Shown here: positions 1 through 10,742 of the stretch, piece by piece
How the letters are laid out: each line of letters starts with the position of its first letter
Numbering within the stretch: position 1 is the stretch's first letter
Source of the DNA: an uncultured delta proteobacterium
Lineage (GTDB): Bacteria > Desulfobacterota > Zymogenia > Zymogenales > Zymogenaceae
Assembly (NCBI GenBank): GCA_963792965.1
Contig: CAWBYW010000013.1
Location: 1 to 64,000 of the forward strand
Direction of reading: 5' to 3'
Length of the DNA: 64,000 nt
Position numbers and translations under genes: made by a program
The notes under the pieces: model-generated
Database searches by the model: none
What the model saw: only the letters and a program-made list of their open reading frames with translations
What the model was told of the DNA's origin: nothing

Positions 1-1482
1 TGTCCGCGGGCGCGCACCTGGCGTCCAAGGGACTCAAGGTGCTGGTGCTCGAGCAGCACCACAAGGTGGGCGGGTGCGCCACGAACTTCAGGAGGGGGGC
101 GTTCGTCTTCGAGACGTCTCTCCACGAGATGAACGGGGGCGGGCCGATCGACTCGCCGGGGACCTACGCGCTGCTGAAGTCGTGCGGCGTCTACGACAAG
201 CTTGCCGACAAGCTCTACCGCCTCCCCGAATTCTACCGCTCGGTCTACCCGGGTGGCTTAGACGTGACGGTGCCGGCCGATTGGAAAGGCTGGGACAGTG
301 CGCTGAAGGCGAAATGGCCCGAGGAGTCGGCAAACATCGACAATTACCACGCGCTCTGCACCCGGACATTTGCCGACGCCATCCGGGTGCTGGATCTTTT
401 CCGCTACTTCGGCGTGAAGGCCTTCCTCACCACAATGATGGTCCCGATAAAGGAGAAGGACCTCTACAAGTGGAACGGGAAATCGACCAAGGAGCTGATG
501 GACGCGTACTTCAAGAGCGACGACATCAAGGCGGTCGTCTCCCAGCTCTGGGTCTACTACGGCCCGCCGACCCCGAACCTGGCGGCGCTGGAAATGCTGA
601 CGGCGACCTATTCGTACCTGACCGAGGGGGCGTGGCACGTGCGGGGGACGTCGCAGGCGATGTCTGACGCATACGCCGACCGGATCAGGGAGCTCGGGGG
701 GAAGGTGATGACCGGGACGCTCGTGACGAAGATCATCATGGAAAAGGGACTTGCCCGGGGCGTGGAGACGGAGTTCGGCCAAAAGTACACCGCGCGCTAC
801 ATCGTCGCCAATACCGACCCGTACCAGCTCGTCTTCAAGCTGATCGGCCAAGAGAACTTCCCCAAGAAATACGTCGAGAAGATCAAGGGGATCAAGCCGG
901 CGAATTCGCTCTTCGGCGTCTACCTCGGGCTGAACATCGACCTCAAGAAGCGCGGATACAAAGACACCGAGATCTTCATGAACAGCACCAAGGACAGCAC
1001 GGTGATGTACAACAACATGGTGAGCGGGAACTTCAAGGAAGGGGGGTCGAGCATCACGATCTACTCCAACTACGGCGACCCGATCTACGCGCCACCCGGA
1101 AAATCGGTCGTGGTGCTCCACTCCTACTGCGACTATGACGTCTGGCCGAAGGACCCGGACGAGTATAAGAAGATGAAGGACGAGAAGGCAAAGGAGCTCA
1201 TCGGGCTTGGCCTCCGCGATCATCCCGGAGATCACGGACCCCAAGAACATCGAGGTCATGGAGGTCATCACGCCGGTAGCGCTTGAGGAATTCACCATGA
1301 ACTACCGGGGCGACGTTTACGGCCCCGCCGCAACGCCGGACCAGTTCCTGATGCTCAGCCCGGCAACGCCCATCGACAACGTCTTTATCGCCAGCAACTG
1401 GATCCAGCACGGGATGGGGCCGGCCCACCTCAACGGGTACAAGGCCGCCCGGCTGATCCTTGACCGGGAGGGGATCAAGTAG
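1..1482 (+). CDS. Phytoene desaturase-family NAD(P)/FAD-dependent oxidoreductase (5' end outside window; frameshift near 1205)
   Basis: End of Rossmann motif (AHLASKGLKVLVLEQHHKVGG) and GAWHVRGTSQAMSD; the C-terminus (TPVALEEFTMNYRGDVYG...TPIDNVF) continues in ORF 1207..1482. Confidence 0.85.
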
Positions 1483-1521
1483 AGGGGGAAGGCGAGATCG
1501 GCCGGTAAATTGTGCCGACAC

Positions 1522-1560
1522 AAAAGGGGAAGACGGCGTTGGGGCGTCACTTCCCCTTTT
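1522..1560. terminator. Probable bidirectional intrinsic terminator between convergent genes
   Basis: Inverted repeat AAAAGGGGAAG...CTTCCCCTTTT. Confidence 0.5.
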
Positions 1561-1922
1561 TCTTTTCCTTCTTCACTTTCGGCGGGAGCGATTTGGCAAA
1601 CTCATAGGAGCGGGCAAGCCAGGCGGCAAACTCGCGTGGGTCTGCCGCGAACGGCTCTGGGACCGCGACGTATTCCCGCATGGGACGTCCCTCCATCGGC
1701 TCAAAGGGGACGACCTCGTCGGACAGCCCGCTGGATCTCTTCCTTGTCCGAGGCCGAGAGGCGCAGGATGATGACGTCCTGCCACACCCCGGCGAACATG
1801 TTGTTGTTCACGAAATAAGCGGGCGTGCCGAACATGCGCCGCTTGTCAACGGCAAAGCCCTTGAGCGCCTCCTCCAAGAGATCGCACATCTCGGGCGAGA
1901 CTTTCTTCCACTTCATCTTCAC
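1547..1922 (-). CDS. TfoX/Sxy N-terminal domain protein (frameshifted near 1720)
   Basis: KRRMFGTPAYFVNNNMFAGV motif; GGAGGT RBS before GTG; a Lys-rich tail in another frame ends at TGA 1547. Confidence 0.75.
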
Positions 1923-1949
1923 CTCCTCTGTGACGGCCCGTGGGCGGGC

Positions 1950-3118
1950 CTATGCCTTCATCCCGAAGAGAAACCTGAATATCCCGAAGCGACGGACGAG
2001 ACCCTCGTAGAGCGCCATGATCACCACAAAAGACGACGCCGCAAGGACGATATACTTGACCGGCACGGGCACGGCCCAGCCGACGAGGAAGAAGGCGATG
2101 ATCACGATGACCGACTGGTGCAGGATGTAGAACGGCAAGACGGCCGGGTTCGTGTATACGAGGGCCCGGTTTGAGAAATCAAGATGCCGGCGGGCAAAAC
2201 CCATGATCGCGGTAAGCCAGCACCAGGAGTTGAGGGCGCGCAGCGCGGACTCAACGAGCCAGCCCGCGGGGGGGATAAGCCGGGCAAGGGCCCCGGTCTC
2301 CGAGAGGAGAAGCATAACCGATGCGGTCGCGCCGCCCAGGGCCAGCGCGGCCCCGCGGAAATCCTCAAGGGTCCGGGCCGAGCCGGTCGTCCGTCGCGAT
2401 GATGAACCCGATGACAAAAAAGACGAGATAGGTAAGGGGGCTCCACCCTCCGAAGTCCCGGATACCGACCGTGCCGCGATGGGCGTTGACGAAAAGCTCC
2501 ATGCACAGAAGGGGTAAGACGAAAAGGAATATCCCGCCCGGCTTTGCGCAGAGGGCGGTCGCGCGCCCGAGGAGGCCGCGTATCCACTCCCGTCGTGCGA
2601 AAATAAAGAGCGGGAGGGTGACGAGCGAGAAGATGAAGAGGACCTCGAGGTACCAGAGGTGCAGCCCCATCCAGGCGAAGTTGCCCCCGAAGGCGTAGAA
2701 GCCGTCGAAGTAGTGGGGGAAAAAGGCGAAGAAGGAGCCGACGAACCGGCCGTGGCTGACGCGCTCGATATAGACCTGGGGCGGGACCAGGACGAAGATC
2801 CCGAAGACGAGCGGGACCACGAGGCGGAAGAAGCGCTCCCTGATATATCCCGACGCCGTGCGGTGGCCCAGGGCGTAAAAGGCGCTGAGCCCGGACAGGA
2901 TAAAAAAGAGCGGCATGATCCACTGGGCCGGTAAAGCCCACGAAGACGGTCAGGGGATGGCTAAGCACGAGGTTCTTGACGTGCCAGTCCTCGTAGTCGA
3001 AAAACCGGGCCGTGTGGAAGAGAAAGATCGTCGCCATCGCCAGCGTCCTGAGCCAGTCCACCCAGTAGAGCCGCCCGGACGGGGCGGGGCGACTGTGGAT
3101 CTCTTCGGGAGTACTCAT
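1950..3118 (-). CDS. Acyltransferase-3 / OpgC(MdoC)-like membrane acyltransferase (split over three ORFs)
   Basis: RLYWVDWLR, MPLFFILSG, HLWYL and PFYILHQ motifs distributed across ORFs 2102..3199, 2365..2916 and 1950..2417. Confidence 0.85.
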
Positions 3119-3217
3119 GGCTCTTCCGTGATTCCGTTTGATGAGAGGACCCTCTATTTTCAGGAAACAATTCCCCGGATCGTTTACCGCAAAAAGCACG
3201 TGCCGGCGAGCCGCGCC

Positions 3218-4885
3218 TCAGTGGGGTCCGGGGCTTTCGGCGGTCATGAAGGCCAGCGGGTACCTGACGGTGCCTGACACCCCATCGAGCGCGCCGGGGA
3301 CCAGCTCCATGACCATGAACGCGTCCTGGGGGACGACGGGAAAGGGCGCCGAGATCCCCTTCGTGCGCGCGGCCACGAACCCGAACCGGGGGTAGTAGGC
3401 GGGGTGGCCCAGCACGACCACGATCGTGTGCCCGAGGCGGCGGCTCACGTCCAACCCCCGCCGGATCAGGAGAGACCCGACGCCGAGCCGCTGGAACTCC
3501 GGGAGGACCGCCACGGGGGCAAGCGCCAGCGCCGGCACATCTCCCTTCCCCGTCTCAATGGTGATAGGGGAGAAGAGGGCATGGCCGACAACGCTGTCGC
3601 CAATCGTCGCCACAAGCGACAGCTCACCGATGAAACCGGGGGAGTGCCTGATCTCGTCCACCAGCCGTGGCTCAAGCTCGCTGCCGAAGGCCGTGCGGTG
3701 GAGGCGGGATATGGCCTCGCGGTCCTCGGGCCGCTCGGGGCCGATCGTGATGGTCAGCTTGGACTTTTTCAATTCCTTGCTTCCCCTCGCGTGCGTGCCG
3801 GGACCGTTCTCCTTCATGATCCTGATCATCTCCGCGTTGAATCTGGGCGCCTCCTCGAAGGGCACGAAATGGGCCGAGCGCTCAAACCAGATGACCTCCT
3901 TTTTCGGGGCCTTCAATATTTTGACGTATTCATCAAAGAGGTTCGTCGATGCGAAGACGTCATATTTACCCATCATGAAGTAGACCGGCACGTCGATCTC
4001 GCGCGCCTGGGCCAGGAGGTCCACGCCAATCATGTCGCGGACCAGCGTCCGGGCGGAAAATTTCCTCCCTTTTGTATACTTGAAGTAATCAAGGATCGTA
4101 TATTCAGGGGCCTCGAAAAAGTAGCGCTCGTATTTCCGGTAGCTCGACTCGCCGTAAAGCGACAGCCCGGATCTGATCGTCCATTTGCGCTTCGTCATGA
4201 AGTCGTCATACCAGTCGCCCTCAAGCGAAAGGTAGGAGGGCGGATCGCCCATCGCCGAAAGCTCGCGCACGGCCCTGTCGTTTTTCTGTTCTCTGGCCTT
4301 GTCCAGGGTGTAGTGGAACGAGATCAGCTCGCTGTCGACAACGTTGACGATCTGCCCCACGCCGACGACGGCCACAAGGAGCTGGGGATATCTCTTCGCG
4401 GTCAAGAGCGCCACGATGCTCCCCCACGAATGGCCGACGAGGTAGACCTTGTCCTGGGAAAACCGCGCGCGGAGGTAGTCGATGATCCCGCGCGTATAGT
4501 CGACGAATTTATCGATCGACATGGCGGAGCTCGGGATCGAGTCGGAATACGACTTGCCCGTGCCGGGCTGCTCCCAGTAGACGACTACGAAGTTGTCCTC
4601 AAGGGCCCGGTTGAAGTGGGAAAGGAGCGGCAGCTCCGGGGTGCCGGGGCCCCCGTGGAGGAAGAGCAGCACGGGGTTGTGGACATTCCTTCCGCGGATG
4701 ACGACCCAGTTGTCGATCCCGTCGATGGTGACGGTCGTGATCTCGGCGATGCTGTCCGGGACGATCGATCCTTTGGCGTCCCTGATGGGGAGCGTCATGG
4801 CGCAGGAAGAGAGCAAAAGGAGAAGCATCGGGATAAGGAGGACCTGTCGGCGTCGGCCGCTTTTCCTCGGTGCTTTATCGACCAT
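3218..4885 (-). CDS. Lipoprotein alpha/beta hydrolase (proline iminopeptidase-like) in frame with a C-terminal YhbS-like GNAT acetyltransferase
   Basis: LLSSC lipobox, HGGPG, GHSWG and SAHF motifs; then LAPVAVLPEFQRLGVG and VLGHPAYYPRFGF. Confidence 0.8.
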   Translation of the reverse strand: MVDKAPRKSGRRRQVLLIPMLLLLLSSCAMTLPIRDAKGSIVPDSIAEITTVTIDGIDNWVVIRGRNVHNPVLLFLHGGPGTPELPLLSHFNRALEDNFVVVYWEQPGTGKSYSDSIPSSAMSIDKFVDYTRGIIDYLRARFSQDKVYLVGHSWGSIVALLTAKRYPQLLVAVVGVGQIVNVVDSELISFHYTLDKAREQKNDRAVRELSAMGDPPSYLSLEGDWYDDFMTKRKWTIRSGLSLYGESSYRKYERYFFEAPEYTILDYFKYTKGRKFSARTLVRDMIGVDLLAQAREIDVPVYFMMGKYDVFASTNLFDEYVKILKAPKKEVIWFERSAHFVPFEEAPRFNAEMIRIMKENGPGTHARGSKELKKSKLTITIGPERPEDREAISRLHRTAFGSELEPRLVDEIRHSPGFIGELSLVATIGDSVVGHALFSPITIETGKGDVPALALAPVAVLPEFQRLGVGSLLIRRGLDVSRRLGHTIVVVLGHPAYYPRFGFVAARTKGISAPFPVVPQDAFMVMELVPGALDGVSGTVRYPLAFMTAESPGPH

Positions 4886-4909
4886 TTTCTTTCCCGATCG
4901 ATCGCATCA

Positions 4910-5570
4910 TCATTTCCCTATCTCGGCAAAGGCCCTCACCGGAAAGGAGGCGCCCCGGACGATCCTCAACGGTACGGCCGAAAAGAGAAAATCCTCGGCC
5001 GGGAGAGCCCCGAGGTTCGTGAGGTTCTCGACGATCAGGATGCCCGCGCGCAGGAGCCCCGTGTGGACGGGGCGCGAGGGATCGCCGGTGTCGTCCACGT
5101 TGACAAAATCGACCCCCACAAGCGTCGCCTTTGCCCGGATCAGCGCTTCCACAAGACCCTCGGAGAGAAACGGGGCGTTTTCCTTGTAGGCATCGGTCCC
5201 CCAGTGGCGGTCCCATCCCGGTCCGCACGAGCACCGCCCGGCCGGAAAGCGTGGCCGTATCCACGGAAAACGAAATGGCGCGGCCCTTGGATACGTCGGC
5301 GTCCAGGACGACGCCGGGCAGCCCCGCGACACGGTCAAGCCCGACGGCCGCCAGGTCTTCTCCCTCCCGAAAGCGGTGGAAGGGGGAGTCGAGATATGTC
5401 CCGACGTTGGTGACCATCTCTACCCTGCCGAGGTAAAACTCCGCCTTTCCCCCGTAGCGGGAACGGGATGCGTCGTGGTCGAGATGGGCGCCGATGACGG
5501 GCTCGGGGAGGCCGGGGTAGGCCCCCGTCCCGTTCTCGAGGACGTGGGAGAGCTCAACGAATCGTCTCAT
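4910..5570 (-). CDS. Cyclase family protein (kynurenine formamidase-like), frameshift near 5220
   Basis: GTYLDSPFH, VLVRTG, ILIVENLTNL and SFPVRAFA motifs. Confidence 0.85.
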
Positions 5571-5642
5571 ATCGATTCCTCCATCGATATCGCGCCGTCC
5601 CGACACGATCTTTCCCGTTCGTTTCGGGACGCGCCAGGCCGC

Positions 5643-7046
5643 CTATGTGATGTGGTGCCCTTCCCGAGCGGAGTGGCCGGGCTTGAGCCGCTCGACAACG
5701 GTCCCCTCCAGCACCCCCACGGCGTAGACGATGTCCTCAAAGAGCATGTCGGCCATGTCCCGGCTGAAGTTTTCCTTTACGACGATTCTCATGAGGGCGA
5801 CATCCTGCGCGTTGGGGGGCAGTGTGTAGGCGGGGAGGATCCACCCCCGCTCACGGAGCTTGTGGGAGATGTCAAAGACGCTGTACGGGCTTTTCTTCTT
5901 GAGCGTCACCGTGACGATGGGGAGGTGGTTTGCGGTGTTGAGGACCTCAAACTTCCCGGTGTCGGCCAGCGCCTTGGCCAGGAAACGGGCGGTGGCGAGA
6001 TCCTTCTGCGCGATCTGGGTATAGCCCTCGCGGCCGAGGCGCAGGAGGCTGTAGTATTGCGCGGGCACGAGCGCCCCCCCCTTGGAGAAATTGAGGGTAT
6101 AGGTGGGCATCTCGTTGCCGAGGTAGTTGACGTAAAATATCAGGTCTTCCGGGAGGTCGGTCCGATCGCGAAAGATGAGCCAGCCGAGGCTCGGGTAGAC
6201 CAGCCCGTACTTGTGCCCCGAGACGTTGATCGACTTAACGTGGGGGAGCCTGAAATCCCACACGAAATCGGGGTTGAGGAAGGGGACGACGAAGCCGCCG
6301 CTGGCCGCGTCGACGTGGATCGGGATGTCAAACCCCCGTGTCTCTTTGATCTCGGCCAGCATGTCGTTGATCTCCGCGATCGGATCGGATTCCCCGGTGA
6401 AGGTCGTGCCGAGGATCGCTCCGACGGCGATCGTATTTTCGTCGATACGCTCGGCGACGGCCTCGGGCGTGACGGTGAAGCGGTGCTTCTCCATCGGGAT
6501 GACCCGCGGCTCCACGTCGAAATAGGTGGCGAACTTGTCCCAGCAGACGTGGGCGTCGGCGCCGAAGATGACATTGGGATGCTCGCACGGTTTACCGTCG
6601 CGGGCGCGGCGCTGTTTCCAGGTCCACTTGTGTGCCAACAGCCCGAGCATAACGGCCTCCGAGGAGCCGACGGTGGAGGTGCCGGCAAACTCGACGGCCT
6701 CGGGCGCGTTGTAGAGCCTGCCCAGCATGTTGACGACGCGCTCGTGGATTACCTCGGTTTTCTGATACTGGAAGTGGTCGATGAAGTTCTTGTTGAGGTT
6801 TTCCATGATGAGCTGATCCGCTTCGGGCTCCATCCAGGTCGTGACAAAACTCGCCAGGTTGAGGGAAGGGTTTCCGTCGAGGTGGAGCTCATCGTGCACG
6901 AGCTGATAGGCGGCCCGGGCGGGCATCCCCGTTTCGGGGATCTTGAAGCGGGGAACGCTCTCCTTGAAGTACCGGGTGCTGTAGGTCGCGGCGTGATCCA
7001 TGTGAGACTGATCGAGTCGCTCCGTCTCAATCTTTTTGGATATCAT
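5643..7046 (-). CDS. gadB: Glutamate decarboxylase (PLP-dependent)
   Basis: LNLASFVTTWME, STVGSSEA, HVDAASGG and SINVSGHKYG motifs. Confidence 0.93.
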   Translation of the reverse strand: MISKKIETERLDQSHMDHAATYSTRYFKESVPRFKIPETGMPARAAYQLVHDELHLDGNPSLNLASFVTTWMEPEADQLIMENLNKNFIDHFQYQKTEVIHERVVNMLGRLYNAPEAVEFAGTSTVGSSEAVMLGLLAHKWTWKQRRARDGKPCEHPNVIFGADAHVCWDKFATYFDVEPRVIPMEKHRFTVTPEAVAERIDENTIAVGAILGTTFTGESDPIAEINDMLAEIKETRGFDIPIHVDAASGGFVVPFLNPDFVWDFRLPHVKSINVSGHKYGLVYPSLGWLIFRDRTDLPEDLIFYVNYLGNEMPTYTLNFSKGGALVPAQYYSLLRLGREGYTQIAQKDLATARFLAKALADTGKFEVLNTANHLPIVTVTLKKKSPYSVFDISHKLRERGWILPAYTLPPNAQDVALMRIVVKENFSRDMADMLFEDIVYAVGVLEGTVVERLKPGHSAREGHHIT

Positions 7047-7146
7047 AAGATACTCCTCGTGCTCAGGCCCGGACGCGCGCCCCCGGACCGGCGCAAGCCC
7101 TACGGCGCGCTTTCCAACTGCGAGCGGGTGGCCGGGTCATCTTCGC

Positions 7147-7596
7147 CTATTCCGTGTAGATGAGCGGCTTCACGATCTCGACGAGCCGGATATCGAAGGT
7201 GAGGTCCTCGCCCGCGAGGGGGTGGTTTGCGTCAAGCGTCACGGCATCGTCGTTGATTTCGGTCACGGTGACGACGATGGATTGATCATCCTCGAGCATT
7301 ACCTGCAGCTGCTGATCGACCTCAAGCTCCATATCCTCGGGGAACTCCTCCCGGTTTACCACCACCACCATCTCGTCGTGGTAGGGACCGTAGGCCTCTC
7401 CCGAGGGGATGGTAACGGTCTTTTCGTCTTCGGGCTCCATGCCGATAACGGCTTCTTCCATACCCGGGATGACCTCGTGCTTGCCCACAGTGAACTCAAG
7501 GGGGTCGCCTTCCAGTGAGGTGTCGAACAGGGTCCCGTCGTCGAGCTTCCCGGTAAAGTGTATCCTGACGGTATCCCCGTCTTTTACCTGATTCAT
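7147..7596 (-). CDS. slyD: FKBP-type peptidyl-prolyl isomerase (SlyD-like)
   Basis: IPGMEEA, EAYG and LDANHPLAG motifs. Confidence 0.9.
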   Translation of the reverse strand: MNQVKDGDTVRIHFTGKLDDGTLFDTSLEGDPLEFTVGKHEVIPGMEEAVIGMEPEDEKTVTIPSGEAYGPYHDEMVVVVNREEFPEDMELEVDQQLQVMLEDDQSIVVTVTEINDDAVTLDANHPLAGEDLTFDIRLVEIVKPLIYTE

Positions 7597-7725
7597 GATG
7601 CGCTCCTTCGTGTGGGCGGTCATCGTCCACGTCGTGCGTGCAGAGAAAGAAATCCCCCTCCGTGTGGTGGCTACGGACGAGCACCTCAGACATGGGGGGG
7701 GGACGATATCATTACGACAGAGATG

Positions 7726-7762
7726 TTTATTGAGAGGGTGACGTGGTCACCCTCTCAATAAA
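7726..7762 (-). terminator. Intrinsic terminator of the RRM gene
   Basis: Perfect 17-bp inverted repeat TTTATTGAGAGGGTGAC-gtg-GTCACCCTCTCAATAAA just after the stop codon. Confidence 0.7.
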
Positions 7763-7769
7763 AGGGAGA

Positions 7770-8051
7770 TTAGTATCTCCGATATCCGCCGCCGCCCCCT
7801 CCGGGCCTCGGGCCGCTCTTGGGCGGGCGAGCTTCGTCGATGCGCATAGTGCGCCCGAGAAACTCGGTGCCGTTGAGCTCATCTTTGGCCCGCTGGGCTT
7901 CTTCGGGAGTTCCCATCTCGACGAAGCCGAAGCCCTTGCCCTCAATAATATTGACGTGCTTGACCTCTCCATATTCCGCGAAGAGCTCCTGCAACTGCTC
8001 GTTGGTCACGGAATAGGTAAGATTGCCGACGTACAACTTGCTGCCTTGCAT
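7770..8051 (-). CDS. RRM-type RNA-binding protein with Gly-rich tail
   Basis: RNP2 KLYVGNL, RNP1 KGFGFVEM, DEARP; AAGGAGG RBS. Confidence 0.93.
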   Translation of the reverse strand: MQGSKLYVGNLTYSVTNEQLQELFAEYGEVKHVNIIEGKGFGFVEMGTPEEAQRAKDELNGTEFLGRTMRIDEARPPKSGPRPGGGGGGYRRY

Positions 8052-8617
8052 GTTATCCTCCTTGAGATTACATCGCTTATCCTTGTGTTTAATAATGTCA
8101 GGCAAGAGGCGGCAAAACAACGGCACGTCCAGTGAAATACCTTACCTATCAGCACATTATCAAACAGAAGGGGCTACCAATAGATCAGGACGAGACAATA
8201 ATACCGACTTTCGGAACCACCCCCTTTACCAAAACGTGAATCATATCTATATATCCTGGCGTCGGCACCTTACGGACGGCCGACGAATAACCAAGGGTTT
8301 ACGAGATCGAACGATTGCCTCCGCTCCCGGACACGGGGGGCCTGCGCGACGGATGGTGGCGCTCGGCTTCCGACGCGAAAAGAGCCCGACACGGAAGGTG
8401 TGGTCCCGGGAAAAGCGATGCGGCAATCGGCTGGAAAAGTTAATCGTATCTATTTTGGAAAACCGTATAAGGGAGTAAAGGGACTTTCTTGGGCGTGAGG
8501 CGAAAATCGAAAGTCGAGAGACTGAGGTAGGGTCGGAAGTCTGGCAAAATCATCAACACTCGCAACGTAATGCTCAAAAAAGAGAAAAAACCCAATTCTT
8601 ACGCCAAAGATTAATTT

Positions 8618-8645
8618 ATTATAATATTTGGTTAAGAGAAGTCAA
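8618..8645 (-). promoter_or_regulatory. Sigma70-type promoter firing toward the RRM gene
   Basis: Minus strand reads TTGACT-16 nt-TATAAT. Confidence 0.65.
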
Positions 8646-8784
8646 CACTTTTTTTCTAAAAAAGAGGGTGAATAAGCTCCATCCGGGTGATGATATCACT
8701 CATCTTTTTGGCGCCGTATCGGGCCCCGCTTTAGGCGACCCGTCGTATTTTGTTTCAGCGGGCGCGATTTCCCGCAAAAAAAGC

Positions 8785-8832
8785 TTGACATGTATGTCTA
8801 GGAGGGATAAAAAGATACCAACTGGTTGGTAT
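8785..8832 (+). promoter_or_regulatory. Promoter plus palindromic TetR-type operator
   Basis: TTGACA-17-TAAAAA followed by ATACCAAC-tg-GTTGGTAT (8815-8832) at the expected +1, upstream of the tetR gene. Confidence 0.7.
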
Positions 8833-8950
8833 ATTTTCGCCGCTCTGACGAGAACCGGGAGAGGGGAGGCGTGGTTGTCTGTGGGGTGCGAGAGTGGCCG
8901 CCAGTGTCTCTCCCTACGGTATATCTTCCCATCATTTTTCGTGGGGGACC

Positions 8951-9553
8951 ATGTCGACAACGAAAGGCCAGGAGACCAAAAAGAAGATCGTAAGATCGGC
9001 CACCCGGCTCATCCATACCCGGGGGTATAAGAATACGTCGCTTGACGATGTCTTTGCCGATTCCGGCGTCAACAAGGGGAGCTTCTACTTCCATTTTTCG
9101 GGCAAAGATGAGCTCGTCCACGCGGTCATCGATCGTTTTATTGCCGCGATCGAGCGGCGGCTGGACCTCGTCTCCGAGATAGACGGGGCGGCCCTGGAAA
9201 AGATATCCATATATTTCGAGGGCATGGCGTCGATGCTGGAGCAATCCGGGTGCACGGGGGGCTGCCTCCTCGGGAACCTGACGCTTGAGGTTTCCGACTG
9301 GCACGAAGGGCTCAGGGATCATCTCTCGGTATGCTTCGACCGGATGAAAGGTCGCCTCACGGAGTTCATCGCCGAGGGGCAACGGTCGGGGGAAATCCGG
9401 ACCGACCGATCGGCCGGGGAGCTTGCCGCGTTCATCATAGCCCTCATGGAGGGCGCGCTCATGGCTGCGCGCCTCAAGAAAGATGCCGCCGCCTTCAGGG
9501 AGCTCACCAGAGATGCGCTCGACTATTTGAGGGCCGGCACGCTGCACGCATGA
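8951..9553 (+). CDS. TetR/AcrR family regulator (NemR/LmrA-like)
   Basis: HTH GYKNTSLDDV...KGSFYFHFSGKDEL; GGCLLGNLTLE. Confidence 0.92.
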   Translation: MSTTKGQETKKKIVRSATRLIHTRGYKNTSLDDVFADSGVNKGSFYFHFSGKDELVHAVIDRFIAAIERRLDLVSEIDGAALEKISIYFEGMASMLEQSGCTGGCLLGNLTLEVSDWHEGLRDHLSVCFDRMKGRLTEFIAEGQRSGEIRTDRSAGELAAFIIALMEGALMAARLKKDAAAFRELTRDALDYLRAGTLHA

Positions 9554-9591
9554 CCGGCAGCAAACTAAAACTCTATCGGAGGAGAAAAGAT

Positions 9592-10638
9592 ATGTCCCGC
9601 GATATCTATGTGAAACTTGCCCAGTATCTCGATATGGCGCCGATCGGCGCCCCCCTGACCGATGACCTCATCGCCATCCTCGAGACGCTCTATACCCCCG
9701 AGGAGGCCGAGCTTGCCGCAAAGCTTCCGTTTTTCAACGCCGATTTTCCCACCCTTGTCCAGACTACCGGGATGGCGGAGGAGTCGCTGAAAGATATGCT
9801 GGTGCGCATGACGAAGAAGGGCACGGTCTTCATGAGCGAAAAGGGGAAATTCCGGCTGCTGCCGTCGGTGGTGGGCTTTGCGGAGACCCCGTTCTGGCCG
9901 GGAAAGCGGACCGAGAAGACGGAGAAGCTCGCCCGCCACTGGACCGACTACTTCGACGAGGCCTTCGGAAAAGAGATCGGCGATCGAAAAACCCCGTCGG
10001 TGCGCGTGGTGCCGGTGGGCGAATCGATCGCCTCGGGGGCGACAGTCACCCCGAACGAGCAGATCGACGGGCTGCTCGATCAGATCGACTACTTCTCCGT
10101 CTCCCACTGCCCCTGCCGGCAGATGGCCGAATTTGCGGGCGAGCCCCACTGCGATCATTCCACCGAGAACTGCTTTCACTTCGGCTCGATGGCCAAATAT
10201 ACCGTCAGCGTCGGGATGGCGCGGGAAATCACCAAGGAAGAAGCCAAAAAGATGCTCGATGCCGCCCACGAGGAGGGGCTCGTCCACATGGCCGACAACT
10301 ACGGCGGCAAGATCGCGACGCTTTGCTCCTGCTGCGGCGATTGCTGCATCTTCATGAGGACCCGGAAGAAAATCGGGTTCAAGAACGCCTTTGCCGACTC
10401 GAACTACGTTATGCAGGTCGACGCCGATACTTGCACGGGCTGCGCCACGTGCGAGGAGCGTTGTCCCGTCGGGGCGATCACGGTGGACGACGTATCGACG
10501 GTAGACACCGAAAAGTGCATCGGGTGCGGCGTCTGCTACCCGACCTGCCCTTCGGGGGCGATCTCGCTCGTTGATCGGCCCGACCGCAAGGAGATACTCG
10601 GCGTCAAGGAGTTCGTCGAGGCATTCATGAAGAAATAG
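9592..10638 (+). CDS. 4Fe-4S dicluster ferredoxin-domain protein with N-terminal HTH-like region
   Basis: CPCR, CSCCGDCC and two CxxCxxCxxxCP motifs; GGAGG RBS. Confidence 0.85.
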   Translation: MSRDIYVKLAQYLDMAPIGAPLTDDLIAILETLYTPEEAELAAKLPFFNADFPTLVQTTGMAEESLKDMLVRMTKKGTVFMSEKGKFRLLPSVVGFAETPFWPGKRTEKTEKLARHWTDYFDEAFGKEIGDRKTPSVRVVPVGESIASGATVTPNEQIDGLLDQIDYFSVSHCPCRQMAEFAGEPHCDHSTENCFHFGSMAKYTVSVGMAREITKEEAKKMLDAAHEEGLVHMADNYGGKIATLCSCCGDCCIFMRTRKKIGFKNAFADSNYVMQVDADTCTGCATCEERCPVGAITVDDVSTVDTEKCIGCGVCYPTCPSGAISLVDRPDRKEILGVKEFVEAFMKK

Positions 10639-10742
10639 AACAGACGCGAGTGGGTCGCCTTGCGCGGCCCTTCGGGTTACTTCTCTCGAAAAGTGAGAAT
10701 CGGGCAACTGATGTTATAAGGCATCTTTAAAGGAGCACCGCG

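Noticed and set aside
5643-7046. Glutamate decarboxylase without an adjacent GadC antiporter
   Set aside because: Solo gad genes are common, and the antiporter may lie elsewhere in the genome.
3404-7163. Long plus-strand ORFs 3404..5413 and 5376..7163, and similar antisense ORFs such as 18663..19970 and 62008..63246
   Set aside because: They are shadow frames opposite well-supported genes in high-GC DNA and contain no recognisable motifs.
7726-7762. 17-bp perfect inverted repeat as a MITE end or operator
   Set aside because: Its position right after the RRM stop codon is adequately explained by a terminator.
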